DNA from: the human T2T-CHM13v2.0 reference genome, Homo sapiens
Strand: one strand, 5' to 3'
NCBI RefSeq assembly: GCF_009914755.1
Contig: NC_060933.1
DNA length: 64,000 nucleotides
Below are positions 15,290-29,009 of the stretch, in pieces. A program made the translations under genes and the position numbers. The first letter of the stretch is position 1, and each line of letters begins with the position of its first letter. Below the pieces are notes generated by a model. It did no database searches. It saw only the letters and a list, made by a program, of their open reading frames with translations, and was not told the DNA's origin.

Positions 15290-16150
15290 AGGGAAAGATG
15301 GCAGATTAAACACATGCCTTTAATTCCATCCCCTCCCAAGACTATGCTAAAGCAATAATAAATAGATTTTTTTAAGGCACAAATCTACAAGATAAAAGAG
15401 AATGGGAGAGAGACAACAGCAACAGAACTGGGGGCATTGGCAAGCATCTGGTTTTGCAGGCCCAGGAGAGCTGGATTCTAAGCTGGCTGTGCAGAGATGA
15501 GCAGCAGCCTGAGTTTCACTATAGAGCACCTAACAGGCTCAGAAACTGGAGGCCCCAGAGACCTCTGCAAGTGAGGTAACAGGTAGCCTGAAGAGGAAGA
15601 TGGCTTGGCAGGACAGGACCCACTAGATCCCAGCTGTCCTCCTCTCCAAACCAACGCAAGACTGAAGGGTAGTTCTCTGGAGGCTTCTGGGCTGGCATGT
15701 GCCAGGTATGGTTGAGGGTGGGGGGAGTCTTAGGGAAAATGGGGGTATAAGGAATGCTTGAGTCCTAACTGTGGGGAACTTGCCAGCTTTCTTCTTCCAC
15801 TTTGCTCCCAGAAACTGGCAGCCAGGCTGGGATCCTCTGACAGAAAACTAACCTTGTGTGCACTCTGTCCCAAGAGGGGCCCAAGAGGAACCCAAGAGGA
15901 AATCAAAGGGTGCTGACCTTGGGGAGTCCCCTGTGAAGGCCCCCTAAATCCCCATGTGGCAGAATATGCAAGTGACATGCCCAGAACAAGCCCCAAAGCT
16001 CCCAACCACCTCTGCAATGCCTTTACCCCAAAGTGAGCAGCAGCCACGTGCATCTGGGGCAAGTCTCTTCCTAAAGAAAGATCAGGAGACTAACAGGAAG
16101 AAGCAACTTGGAGGAAATGACCAAAACTAAGAGAAGAAAGTCTCAAAAGT
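15290..16150 (+). mobile_element. Ancient L1M/HAL1-type 5' region fragment
   Basis: AAGATGGCAGATTAAACACATGCCTTTAATTCCATCCCCTCCCAAGAC start followed by an A-rich ORF1-like stretch. Confidence 0.45.
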
Positions 16151-16169
16151 GTCATGAATTTGGTCATGA

Positions 16170-16445
16170 CACAATGGTTCCCACCTTTTTAAATGGTGAA
16201 GAAAAATGTCAAAAGAATACTATTTAATGACACATGAAAATTATATGAAAATCAAACTAATGAATAAAGGCAGCTGGGCACAGAGCCTCACCCATGTGTT
16301 CACATTCTGTCTGCATACTGTCCACACCGCAACAGCAGCGCTGAGTGGTTATGACAGGACTGCATGGCCTGCCAAGACTGAAATATTACCATCTGCCTTT
16401 TTATTTAAAAAAAAAAAAAAAAAAAAGGTTGTTGGTCTCTTCTGT
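16170..16445. mobile_element. MER58B (hAT-Charlie) MITE, partial
   Basis: GACACATGAAAATTATATGAAAATCAAA...CTGAGTGGTTATGACAGGACTGCATGGCCTGCCAAGACTGAAATATTACCATCTG. Confidence 0.75.
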
Positions 16446-16988
16446 AGCCCAAGCAAACAGGGTAGACAGTGATTCTATATCTCTGGTGGAGGGACGTCCC
16501 CATGGAAAACATGAGAGATCCCTGAGTCAGCCCTGAACATGGATTGTTCCCAGTGCACTTCACAGCCCAAATGCACACTGTGGACACAGGAAGTTTGGGT
16601 GAGCTCCTCCAGCGTAGGAAGGCAGAGGTTCTCATCTCTGGGGACCTATGGGCCTCATCATTTGATAGAAGTCACAGGCTGTTCTCCACTAGTTCAGTTC
16701 TTTCCCTCCCTCCCTCCCTCCACAGTGTTCCGAGTGCCTTTTGATGGTGCTGGCTCCTGCTTCCTCCTCTCTCTGTCTTCAGGAAGAAAAACACAAGGAA
16801 GACAGGGGAAGGGAATGGTCAGTAGATGAAGCTTAACAAGAAATGGCTCACACCACTGCACTAAAGTCATATTCCATCTGAAGGAAGCCTGCCCTCTGAG
16901 GTGTGGGGCTACACTTCCCAAGGAAAGGATTTAGCACATCAAGAGTTGAAGAGGCCAGTTCCAACTCCTGGGACTTCTCTAAGTCCCT

Positions 16989-17353
16989 TGTCTTAGTCTT
17001 CTCAGGCTACTATGACAAAACACCATAGACTGTGGGGCATGAACAACAGACATTTATTTCTCACCATTCTGGAGGCTGGAAGTCCAAGACTGGGGTGCCA
17101 GCATAGTCAGGTTCTGGTGAAGGCTCTCTTCCTGGCTTACAGACAGCCACCTTCTTGATGTAGGGAAGGGAAAGAGAGCTGAGAAAGCTCTTTTGTCTCT
17201 TCTTATAAGGACACTCATCCCATCATGGAAGTTCTACCCTTAGACTTCATCTAAATCTAGTTACCTCCTAAAGGCCCCACCTCCAAATACCATCACATTG
17301 GAGGCGAGGGCATCAATATTTGAATTGTGGGGGATACAATTCAGTGCACTGCA
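16989..17353 (-). mobile_element. MLT1A0-like MaLR LTR
   Basis: TGTCTTAGTC...CAACAGACATTTATTTCTCAC...GGCCCCACCTCCAAATACCATCACATTGG. Confidence 0.88.
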
Positions 17354-17584
17354 CCTCACTATTTAGGTTTAAGGCAGTGGCCCTCTTGCTGCTAGCTGGT
17401 GATCAGAGCCATCTTGACTCTAGTTAGCCAACTGAGAAGCTATTAAGAGTATTATGAGGCCTTCGTGAAAGGTTCGTGTGTTTAATCTAACAGTGGAATC
17501 CATTTAGGGGCAACCCAGCTGAGAATTCCAGACCACTCTGGCACAACAGTTATATTTTACACTAGCAGTATTCATTGGGACTCA

Positions 17585-18070
17585 TTCATTTATAAGTAAC
17601 AGACACCCAATTCAAATAAGCTTTTTTAAAAAGGGAAATGTGTTGGCTTGTGTGGCTGGGAAATCCAAAGCGGGTGTATCTAGCATCAGACACGGCAGGA
17701 TCCAGGTGTTCAAGTGATATCAGCACTCCTCTTTCTCTCTTCTCTGTCTCTCCCTCCCTGCTGGCCTTCCTTGGCCTCATTCTCAAGTAGGTACTCTCTC
17801 TCCAGGTGGAAGCAAGATGCTCCTTTGGCTCCTGATGCATGGGATTCCTTTCGTCATCACCATCCAGAGAGAGTGAGGGATTTTCTGAGCTAAACTCCCA
17901 GGAAAAATGGTTTGTCTGGTATGAGTGACAGGCCAGAACTTGAGCCCATCACTGTGCCCGAAGGACACACATCTGCTTGTCCAGGGCTGGACCAGTGCCA
18001 CATAAACCACATGGCTTGAGCAGGACTATTCCAGAATGCCAAAGAGAGACTCTCCCCACCCTTCAAAAAA
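17585..18070 (-). mobile_element. Ancient MLT1K-like LTR
   Basis: AAGTAACAGACACCCAATTCAAATAAGCTT...AAAAGGGAAATGTGTTGGCT...CAGACACGGCAGGATCCAGG. Confidence 0.6.
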
Positions 18071-20782
18071 CCACGTGACTCTGGGCCATTTTGCTCTTCT
18101 GGCCCTCTCCACAACAGCCTCCTTGGTGAGTAGAGTCCAAATTCTCACACTGACTGGACATATGACATTTTTGACGGGTTCTGAGGACCTTACTGCTATG
18201 ATTTCATCATTGATTTGCCACATTTTCCCAGAAGAAATGGACACATTTTATTTATTTACCCCCAAAGGCCACACAATGGGAGAAAAGGTATCAGGCATGA
18301 ATACTGGGTTCTACTTTTGTATTTATCTTTGAGGGTGTGAATCTCTCTCAAATATGTTAAAGAGTCAACCATCTTCTGTAACAGTATCCAGGGCACTTTC
18401 CATGTTCTCTGACATCACAGTACTTTATAATTTATACACAGACATTGTTTTGCAGTGATGTTTCTAACCTCCCCTTGGAAGAATTCCTCCTGGACGCCTG
18501 CCTCCTGCAGCCCTGGCCTCCTCCCTTGCTTTTAATCCATGCTATCTGAGACATCCCTCAACTGCCCAGGCTGGACTTCTCTGCAGCAGGAAAGAAAAAG
18601 GTCGGAATGAAGGATTCAGGGCCACCCCTACCGAGTGGAATGCAAAAGCGCTTGGTAATTAGGCTATGATTTTTCTCTTTCTCTGTTTCTCCTCCTGGGT
18701 CACCATTTTCCAGAGGAAGGCAGCCCCACAGATTCCAGAAGATGCCCTGTCCCGCTGCTGCCTGCTGGCTGGGCAGCCACGTGCAGGCGTCCTGCCTTGG
18801 CTGATCCTTCTTTAGCAAATGAGAATGGCAGTCCCTGCCTTGCAGGGTGGCTTTCAGTTCCCAGCCCTGCTAAGCCAGGCAAAGTGGCTTCACAAATTCC
18901 CAGTCTGTGTGTACATCCATGCACCCAAGCCGAAGGAGCTGCAGCAGCCATGCAGGGCCCAGTGGGCCCCCAGCCTCCCTGTCCCCTGTCTCCCCAAGTC
19001 CTCCTTCATGGGCGCCTTTCTGAAATGCTGTTTCCCAGGGCCTTCTCTGAGGAGTCAGCTGATCCAGGCATGCTCTTCTATCACTGTGTAGCTTTATCTG
19101 CCTGTAGCCTTTCAGAGCCTAATAGACTGCCAGAAGGGAGGGGCCTGTTGCCCAGGAAACCTAGCAAGCATTTGCTCCATCCAGCCCTAGACTCACTCTC
19201 ACCACCCCTGTAGTCAGAAAAATGTGACCCTTTTTCCTCCCACCGGGCATCTCCTGCTGCTTCCCTCTGCTCCTCTCTAAAACCTGCCAACCGACCAGCC
19301 TTTTTCTAAGTCTGCTGGTGACCCTTTCTTGTTAGCTTAGGAGCTCTCTTTCCCTCCATCCATGCAGTGAACCTCCTTCTGATTTATACTGACTGGTTTA
19401 AACTGGCCCAGAACTTCTTACAGGGGGCAAGTTCAATTAGTTTTGTTCCCCGCCTTTCTAACTAATGAAAGTTACTGAAATTTGACCTCTCAGTATGTAG
19501 GCTGTTGTCATAAAAATCAAAAACTGCTAATAATAGAGGAAAAAGTTCAAAAATAAAATACCTACAAGTGAGGAATATGTGTGTATGCACCACTGCCTCT
19601 TTTTCTTGAAAGGAGAAAAAGCCTTTCTACTGCTTTTCATCGAGTGTTGGGAAACAGTGGAGCACCAGAACCAGGCCATGCCTCCCACCCAGAGGAATTT
19701 CCTGGTGACTCTGGGCATCCCACCTACCTGGACCTCTGGCCTACCTTGAGCCTAGAAGTAAGCTCTGGAAACCTTTCAGAGAAATCTACTATTTTGCAAT
19801 GATCTTTTTGCTTGGAAAAAACCCTCAGTTCAATTGGACACATATTATCAAAATTAATAATCTAGGTTTTAAAAATGTCAGTTGCAGACTTCTGGCTCCA
19901 GAAGAAGATCTCGTAGACTCAGTTGTCCCTGTTCCTCCCCTGTAAATACAATTAAAAACCCTGGAAATAACTTAGCAGATAATGACAAAGGGAATTTGAA
20001 AGCAGGAATAAAGAAAGCAACTGACTATGGACTTCAGGACTTGAGGAATGACAATGTGGTGAGTTCCCTGGGTTTTCTTTTTAACTCTCATATATCTCAG
20101 AATAGGCCTTGAAAAAATCTGCAACCTGGAAGCAACAGGTATAGGCAAAAAGAAAAACACAGAAAAGGAAATAAAACAACCACAAAATAAAACCAACAAT
20201 AAAGATAGCCACCTCCCAACCCCCCACCAAAGGACAAGGGAAAGAAGATCCCAAGAGACCTAGTAGGGACCTCCAACAGGGACCTGATGGCCTTGGCTGG
20301 CTGATCCTGTACCCAGTGGCAGCTTCAGAGCCCCAGCAGGCAACCCAAACACAATTCCACAACCAGAGCACAGGCAGTTGGAACAGTCCACCTGCAGGGC
20401 CTGCAACAGTGGAGACCAGCATCTCTTGACCCTCCAGCCAGGGAAGAAAACCCAAGCCCAGCAGAGCCTGCTCCTTACCCTACAAAGTGGCCTCAAAAGT
20501 GGCCAGCAACACCAGGCAGCCCGTGGAAGAGCCTTCTTTTCCTGCAGGTGACAACAGCAGGATCATGTAGGAGCTCTGGCAGCACCAAAAGATGAAGCAG
20601 ATCAGAATAACATTGTAAAAGCTCTGAAAAAACACCTGCCACCCATAGCCCATGAAAGTAGACTAGAACCTACACACTAAACTTAAATATGACATTTAAA
20701 AAGTATACGGTATATTAAAAACTTAAACAGGATAACTACCTGCCAAAATAGAGGGCTTAAATAGTATCAACAGTCTCCTAAC

Positions 20783-20908
20783 AGATGAAATACTACCTAT
20801 TCAGTACAATGCACACTCTTCAGGTGATGGGAATATTAAAGCCCAGATGCAATATATCCATGTAACACAACTGCACTTACACCCCTAAATCTATAAAAAT
20901 AATAAATA
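20783..20908 (+). mobile_element. Short L1PB/L1MA 3' tail inserted in the L1MC
   Basis: TACCTATTCAGTACAATGCACACT...CAATATATCCATGTAACACAACTGCACTTACACCCCTAAATCTATAAAAAT; flanks ACAGTCTCCTAA / CAGATCCCCTAA. Confidence 0.7.
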
Positions 20909-22325
20909 CAGATCCCCCTAACATAATAAATCCTATGCCCCAATACAATTGAAAAGTATTCATCCTACCAAGAATTGGGAATAACAATTACAAATTATCT
21001 CAAAGCAAGTGTTAAAAAATAGAAAATCTCAGCAAAGAATTAGAAGTTATAAAAAGAATCAAATGAAAATTATACAACTAAACAATGTAGTAATTGAAAT
21101 TTTTAAATAACACACTGATTGACTCAGTAGTAGAGTGGAGATGACAGGACACAATCAATGAACGTAAGGACCCATCAATAGAATTTGCTTAGCCAGGACC
21201 ACAGATATAAAATATACTTAAAAAATAACAATAAACAGAGTCTTGGAGATCTGTGACGCAGTAACAACAACAACAAAAATCTAATCTTCATATTATTGGA
21301 GTTCCAGAAGGAGAGGAAAAAGAGTGTAAAGCTCAAAAAGTATTCAGATAAATAATACGTGACAACTTCCTAAGTTTGGCAGAAGCCATATACCTATGAA
21401 GTTGAGCAAAATCCAAATTTGATAAACTCAAAGAAATCCACACCAAAACACATTATAATTAAACTTCCGATGAATAAAGACAAAAAAAACTTCAAAAATA
21501 GCAGACAGAAATGACATATTACCTATAGAAAGACACCAGTTCAAATGCCAGTAGATTCCTCATAGTACACCGTGGAGGCCAGAGGAAGTAAACATTTTTC
21601 AAGTTTTGAAAGAAAAGAATTATTAATTGTGAATTCAATATCTGGTAAAGACTATCCTTTGGGAAGGAAGGGAAAATAAAGACATTCTCAGGTGAAAGAA
21701 AACTAAGATAATTTGTTGTTAGAGGACTTACCCTTTAAAAATAGGTAAGAAAGCTCTCCAAACAAAAGAAAATGGCAACAGAAGTGGGCGGGCCCTTAGA
21801 AATGAAAAAAAGAGCAACAGAATGGCTTAAATTAGAGGTAAATATGATAGCCTATCCTTACATCATGAGTTTCCATAACTATGTTTTGTGATTGAAGCAA
21901 AACTTATAACACATCTGATGCAGTGCTCAATGTATGTTGAGGAAATATTTAAGACAATTATGCTTAGAAATTGCAGAGAATAAAGGGATCTCAACGGAAT
22001 TAGTTTTTCTTGACTTCAGTTGAATTAGTAAAATGTCAGTAATGGTAGGCTGTAATAAGTTACATATGTATATTGTGATACCTACCTCAATCACCAAGTA
22101 AACTGTACTAAGCAATATACTAAAACACTCTAGTTTAAATAAATAAATATGAAACTAAAAGTTCAAGTAATCCACAGAAAGGAGAAAAAGAAAGAGAGAA
22201 AGAAACAGAGGAATGAGAACCAGAAAGAATAAACAGAAAGCAAATAATAAAATAGTACACTTGGGACTATCAGTAATAAGTTCAAACATAAATTATCTAA
22301 ATTCACCAGTGAAAACACAGAGGTG

Positions 22326-22636
<311 letters not shown>

Positions 22637-24396
22637 ATACAGAGATGAGCAGAGTGGATTAAAAAACACTATAACTATATGCTATCTACAAGAAACTCAC
22701 TTCAAATAAATAATGTAGGCTAGAAAAAAATATATCCTGCAAACATTGAAAATAAGAATGGCTATATCAATATCAGATAAAGTAGGCTTCAAAGCAAGGA
22801 AACTTACTGTGGATCAAGAGGAACCTTGCATGATAATAAAATGATCCATCCAGCAAAAAACATAGCGGTCCTAAATGTGTGGGTCAAATCCATGGGTCAA
22901 AGGGGGAAGCCTCAAAGGAAATGTTAAAACACAAAATCAAATGAGAAAGAAAATACAACCTACCAAGATTTGTGGGATGCAAATAAACATAGTGTCAAAA
23001 GTTAAATGTATACTACTAAATAGTTTTATTAGAAAATAAGAAAGGTCTCAAATCAGATATCTATGTTCCTACCTCAGGAACTAGAAAAAGAAGAGGAAAA
23101 CGAATTCAAGGAAGGCAGAAGGGAGAAAATAATAAAGTGAAGAGAAAAAAATCAATGAAATTAAAAACAGGAAAACAATAGAGGAAATCAACAAAACAAG
23201 TAGCTGGTTCTTTGAAAACAATCAATCAAATTGATACACCTCTAGCAAATGACAAAGATAAAAAAGAGAAGATATAAATCACCAACATGAGAAATGAAAT
23301 GGAGGATATCACAACAGATCTTATAGCCATTAAAATAAAAATAAGAGAATATTACTATGAACAACTTTACATTCATATAGCCAACAATTTAGAAGAAATG
23401 TACCAATTCCTCAAAAACCACAAAAAACCTAAAACCCAGCCAAATTGATATACATTACCTAAGTAGTCCTATAGCCACTAGAAATTGAATTTGTAATTTA
23501 AGAGCTCCCACAGAAGAAATCTCAAAGTCAGATGTTTTTACTGGAGTAATTTACCAACATGTAAAGAATTAATGCCAATTCTACACACTCTCTTCCAGAA
23601 AATAGAAGAGGAAGGTATAGTTCTCAACTCATTTTATGAGGCCAGTATTAACCATTAGGGTAATACTGGGTTTTAGCTAAACCCAGACAAAAACAGCATA
23701 GAAAAAGAAAACTAAGACCAGTATCTCTCATGCATCTCCTTAATATTTCATGAATTGAAATCCCTTGTTTGGAATCCAACCCAAATTGGATCCAACAATG
23801 TATTAAAAGGCTGGTTTAATATCGGTGAAATCTACCAATGAAAACCAATGTAATCTACCATATTAACAGGCTACAAATCATTGATATGATTATGTCAATG
23901 AATGCAATTAAAATATTTGAGAAACTCCAACATTCATTCATAATTAAAATTTCTCAGTTTGTCAGAAATAAAATATAAATAAAATAAAACTTTCTCAACC
24001 TCATAAAGAGCACCAATAAAAGACATCTACAACTAATATCACACTTAACAGTGAAAGACTGAGGTCAGTAATAAGACAAGGATATTTACTCTCACCACTC
24101 TTATTCAACAGAGCATTGGAAGTTCTAGGCATTGCAATAAGGCAAGAAAAAGAAATAAAAGGCACTCAGATGGAAAAGGAAAAAAAAATGGTTCCTACTT
24201 TCAAATGACATAATTGTCTACCTAGAAAATCCCAAGGAATTTGCAAAAACCTTCTTAAACTAATAAATCCTTAAGATCACAGGATATAAGATCTATGTAT
24301 AACACACAAAAGTCACTTGCATTTCTATCATAGATTTATGATAAAAAATTTTTTTAAATCCTGATGAAAGAAATAAAAGAAGATCTAAGTATTTGG

Positions 24397-24685
<289 letters not shown>

Positions 24686-25994
24686 TATATACATATATAT
24701 TTGGAGAGACATAGTGTTGTTCATAAATCAGCAGACTTATCATAGAAAATATGTCAATTCTTCCTAAATTGATCTATAGACTTAACACAATTCTTATCAG
24801 AAAAGGTATATATATATAATATCTTATTCTAAAATTTCTATGGCAAGGGAAAGATGCTAGAATTGCAGAAACAATTCTGAAAAAAAATAATAGGGAGCAA
24901 GAATCACTCTTCCTGATGTTCAGGATTATATCTACAAGGCAGTGTGGTACTAGTAGAGAGATAGGCACATAGATTAATGAAATAGAATAGAGAATTCCAA
25001 ACTAGGTCTGTACAAAGAAACCAAAGCAATTCAATGGTGGAGGGACAGTCTTTGTGACAAATTGTACTGGAGTAATTGAACTTCCAAGGAGTTGGGGGAG
25101 GAATACAGATAAAACTCATACCTTATTTTTAAAAATTAACTCATATTGGATCATTAACTTAAAGTGTAAAATTATAAAACTTCTAGAAAAAAAAGAGGAG
25201 AAAATCTGTGACTAGAACTAGGCAAAGAGTACTTAGATTTGACCTGAAAAGCACAATGCATGGATGAAAAAATTGATTTAAAAAAAATTGAACCTTTCAA
25301 AATGAAAAATGTTTCTCTGCAAAAGGCTCTGTTAAGATGAAAAGACAAGTTACAATAGGGGAAATATTTGCAAGTGTCATATCTGACAGAGGATTCATCT
25401 CAAGAATATATAAAGGACTCTCAAAACTTGACATTAAAAACTGTGAACAATCAGAACATGGACAAAAGATATAAAGACACATGTTGCTGGAAAGAATATA
25501 CAAGTGACAAGCACATGGAAAGATGTTCAACTTCATTAGTTATTAGGAAAATGTAACTAAAACCATAAAGTACTATCACTACATTCCTATTATAATAGCT
25601 AAAATAAAATATAGTGATAATAACAAATGCTCATGAAGATGCTGAGACACTGGATCATTCATATGTTGCTGGTGGGAATACAACATGGTACAACCATTCT
25701 GGAAAGTAGTCTGGCCTTTCCTTTCAAAACTAAAAATGGACTTACCATGTAACCCTGCAGTTGCACTCTTACGCATTTACCCCAGAGGAAAGAAAACTTA
25801 TTTCCATGCAGAAACTTGTACACAAATGTTCACAGCAGCAGCTTCATTTGCAATAACCAAAAAGGGGGAACTACCGAAGTGTCTTTCAGTGTGTGGTACT
25901 GTGATACATCCATGCTGAGTAGTAACTCAGTAATCAAAAGGAATGAGCTACTGAGTCAAGCAGCACCTTGGATGAGCCTCAGGTAATTATGCCC

Positions 25995-26145
25995 ATGTAG
26001 TCCTCACAACAATCCTGTGGGACAGTTACTTTTGTTTTCTGCATTTTAGTGTGAGGCAATTAAGGCTTAGGAAGGCTACGTAATCTACCAGGGTCACCTG
26101 CTAGTTAAACAGGATTCACTCTGAAACCTGAGTCTGATGCCCCGT
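25995..26145 (-). mobile_element. MIR SINE
   Basis: AGTCCTCACAACAATCCTGTG...GCATTTTAGTGTGAGGCAATTAAGGCTTAG...CAGGGTCAC. Confidence 0.65.
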
Positions 26146-27194
26146 GGCCCTTTTGCCCTACGAGACTCAGACTTTATGTCCTTCTTTTCTGCTCTTGCAC
26201 ACAGGCTGGCTTCTCTATCTCCTGCCCACTCCACTCTGAAAAGTTATTCATCCTTCAATTCTCACCTCAAATATCTCTGCTGTGTTTGCTTTCCCAGGTC
26301 TAAATAGCTAATTTTGAGAGAGTTTTAGACTTTGGCATTAAATTTTTAAAAATTAAAATGTTTTTCATAATATACTTAAATACATTAAAAATATTTTTAT
26401 CCACACTTTAGAAAATGATCTGTTATCATATTTGAACATTTTTTTCAATGTGAAAAAATTTTAAATCCTCTCATGTTGTGAGTGGGCAAAATAAAAAGTC
26501 ATAAAAAGAGGAAAGAATAAAAATTTCCATTCAATAGGAATTGATCTTAAACATAGATGGAGGGATCAGACAAGGGAAGTCATGTGATTTCATATAGTCT
26601 ACTTAAAAAGGTTAAATTTTATGTAAACTATACTTATTTTTATTTAACCATCTTTCATTCCTTCTATTAAACTATACTTATTTTAATATATCACTTGTTT
26701 TTTCTTAATGAACAAACTAACCTCAGGATTAAAATGAAAATGTCTTTTGAAATTACAAATAATTCAAAAAGCTATTTGCGACACTATATGTGAACACTGT
26801 GACATTACACATATATTTTAAAATACATTTACAAAATATGTCTGTTTTTAAATGATTGTTGAATATGGTTTCACTAACCTCATTTTTAAAAAAGAAACTT
26901 GAGAATGCAAAATAGTTAAATTACTTGCAGGAAATTTGAACTGTTTAGTCCTGCATATAGCAGCAATATACTTTATGTATAAACGTACTTTGGTTATAGT
27001 GTACTAATTATATTTTGGTAGAAGGCAACAATAAAAAAGGAAGCCAATTTCTAAGTCTGTGCTGCCTTTTCTAGTGGTTGCTAATACACACCACCCATGG
27101 CAGCCAATTAAGGACATTTTTCCCTGGGAAGATCTGACTGCTTCCCCCCCCACCGCCCATTGCTGTACCATTATCTCCTGAAATGCCACTGCTC

Positions 27195-27800
27195 ATGTCA
27201 ACGCGCAAAGCAGGCTATGAATTGTTTCTGCATTATCGTTTCTAAGTTCTTATTAGTAAGAGGATTTTAATCCATTTTAATTTCACCGAGAAGCTCGTCC
27301 GATTCATAAGCGATTCCTATTCGGCCCTGGGTCTTTGTCATTTTAATGGCGAACGTGTGCCACTTAGACCCTCACCCTGCACTCCAGGAGCGGTTTGACT
27401 TGGGTGGTTATGGAAACGGAGCCCGATCTGCATAGGGTTAATCTGCCGAGTAGTGACTACTTCTGTCAAATTCTCCCCAAGGGTAAACCCTGCGGGCTGA
27501 GGAGGCAGCGGCGGAGGCTGGGCGCACGTGGGTGCTGCAGTAGCCGGCGGACGCCCAGGGCGCACGGGGGCGCACCGAGAGACCTCACCGAACCCAAAGA
27601 GCGTGCGGTTCGTCTCGCCCAAAACCACAGCGCTGGCTACAGAAACCCCTGAAATCGGAAATACTCTAACCAAAGGTACTGAGAGCGAATCTCATCTTTC
27701 CCATCGGGGAAAGTAGATGTTATTGACACAACATAGAACTGTGACACAGCGAGATCTGTCCTGTCATCTCGTTACCGCGTCTCCCAAGAGAGAAAGATCA
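27195..27800. promoter_or_regulatory. Small orphan CpG island; candidate promoter/enhancer
   Basis: Unique sequence with dense CpG (peak 27490-27660) in an otherwise CpG-poor window; E-box CACGTG 27525-27530; X-box-like GTGGTTATGGAAAC 27404-27417; three GGGCGCA repeats. Confidence 0.7.
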
Positions 27801-28102
27801 TCTAGCAAGGACCATTCGGCAATAAAGAGCTCAAGCAAGGGCTTCCCAAGGCATGAATCCAAATCGGCCTTTTCTTTTTTTAAAGATGAAAAGGGAAGAA
27901 GAGAGGCGGTGCTGGGGAGGGAACTGAAGTTGTCAGTGGGCTTCCATTGTTCAGTGTTTCTCCTGGGAAAAAATGACTCCATATTCCACGCTGCTTCTAC
28001 TTCATGCCCCTTTTTAACAGCTCTGATATAGTTGGTTCGTTTATTCAAATGTTGTGTTACAGGGACTGCAAATATAAAATAAAATTCCTGCAAATTACAA
28101 TA

Positions 28103-28402
28103 CAGTCATGCACTGAAAAGAACATCTTGGTTAATAATGGACTGCAAATATGACCATGGCCCCATAAGGTTATAATACCACATTTTTACTGTACCTTTTC
28201 TGTGTTTAGATACCCAAGTACTTAGCATTGTGTTCCAATTGCCTACAGTGTTCAGTACAGTCACATGCTGCACAGGTTTGTAGCCCAGGAACAAACCGTA
28301 TATCCTAGGTGTGTAGTAGGCTAGACCATCTAGGTTTGTGTAAACACACTCTATGATGCTCCCACAACAAAATCCCCTAATGAGGCATTTCTGAGATGGT
28401 AT
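28103..28402 (+). mobile_element. Tigger3/MER7-type TcMar DNA transposon (right end missing)
   Basis: TA|CAGTCATGCAC start; TTTTTACTGTACCTTTTC...GTGTAGTAGGCTAGACCATCTAGGTTTGTGTAA. Confidence 0.85.
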
Positions 28403-28964
28403 AGCACCTAGATAACAACATCCCACCCCTCACCTGTTAAAGCAGAATTTTCAGTGGAGAGTGACTATGAAGGAAGGAGGCTGCCACCAGGTGAAGTGTG
28501 GGAGAATCGATCTCATGTCTTTATCATCGTACTTGACATCCTCCCTCTGGATTTCCCACAAGGCAAGAGAATGAAAATGCAAACTCCTCCATCAGACTTT
28601 TTCTTCCACAGAAACATGAGTTTTGCATGCATATTTATCAGCAATGTTATTTGAAACATTCCAATGTTGTCATAGGAATCTCTGGTACCATAAACTCTAT
28701 TAATTTTAAACACCTGAAAACTTAATATATAAACATTCAACACTGGACGAAATAGCAACACAGCACAAAATTAAGTGGATGGACGCTGAGAAAAAAAAGC
28801 ATTTTTCCCGTTGAGGTTCCCAAAATTCCAAAGGTAGGAAGTGGTTGCCAGAGCGAGGAGGATGGGATCGACACCACTAACATTTTTTCCCCTTCTGGAT
28901 TTTTCCTTGATTTCTGGTCCCCACCATTGTTTGTCTCTGCCTTTTTCACCTTAATTCTCTCAAG

Positions 28965-29009
28965 ACAGTATTTGGCTTTTTCAAAAGGAATGGTCTTAGG
29001 AAACATCAG
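28965..29009 (+). other. Candidate 45-nt exon
   Basis: ~80-nt pyrimidine-rich tract ending TTAATTCTCTCAAG|ACAG; consensus donor CAG|GTGAGT (GT 29010-29011). Confidence 0.35.
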
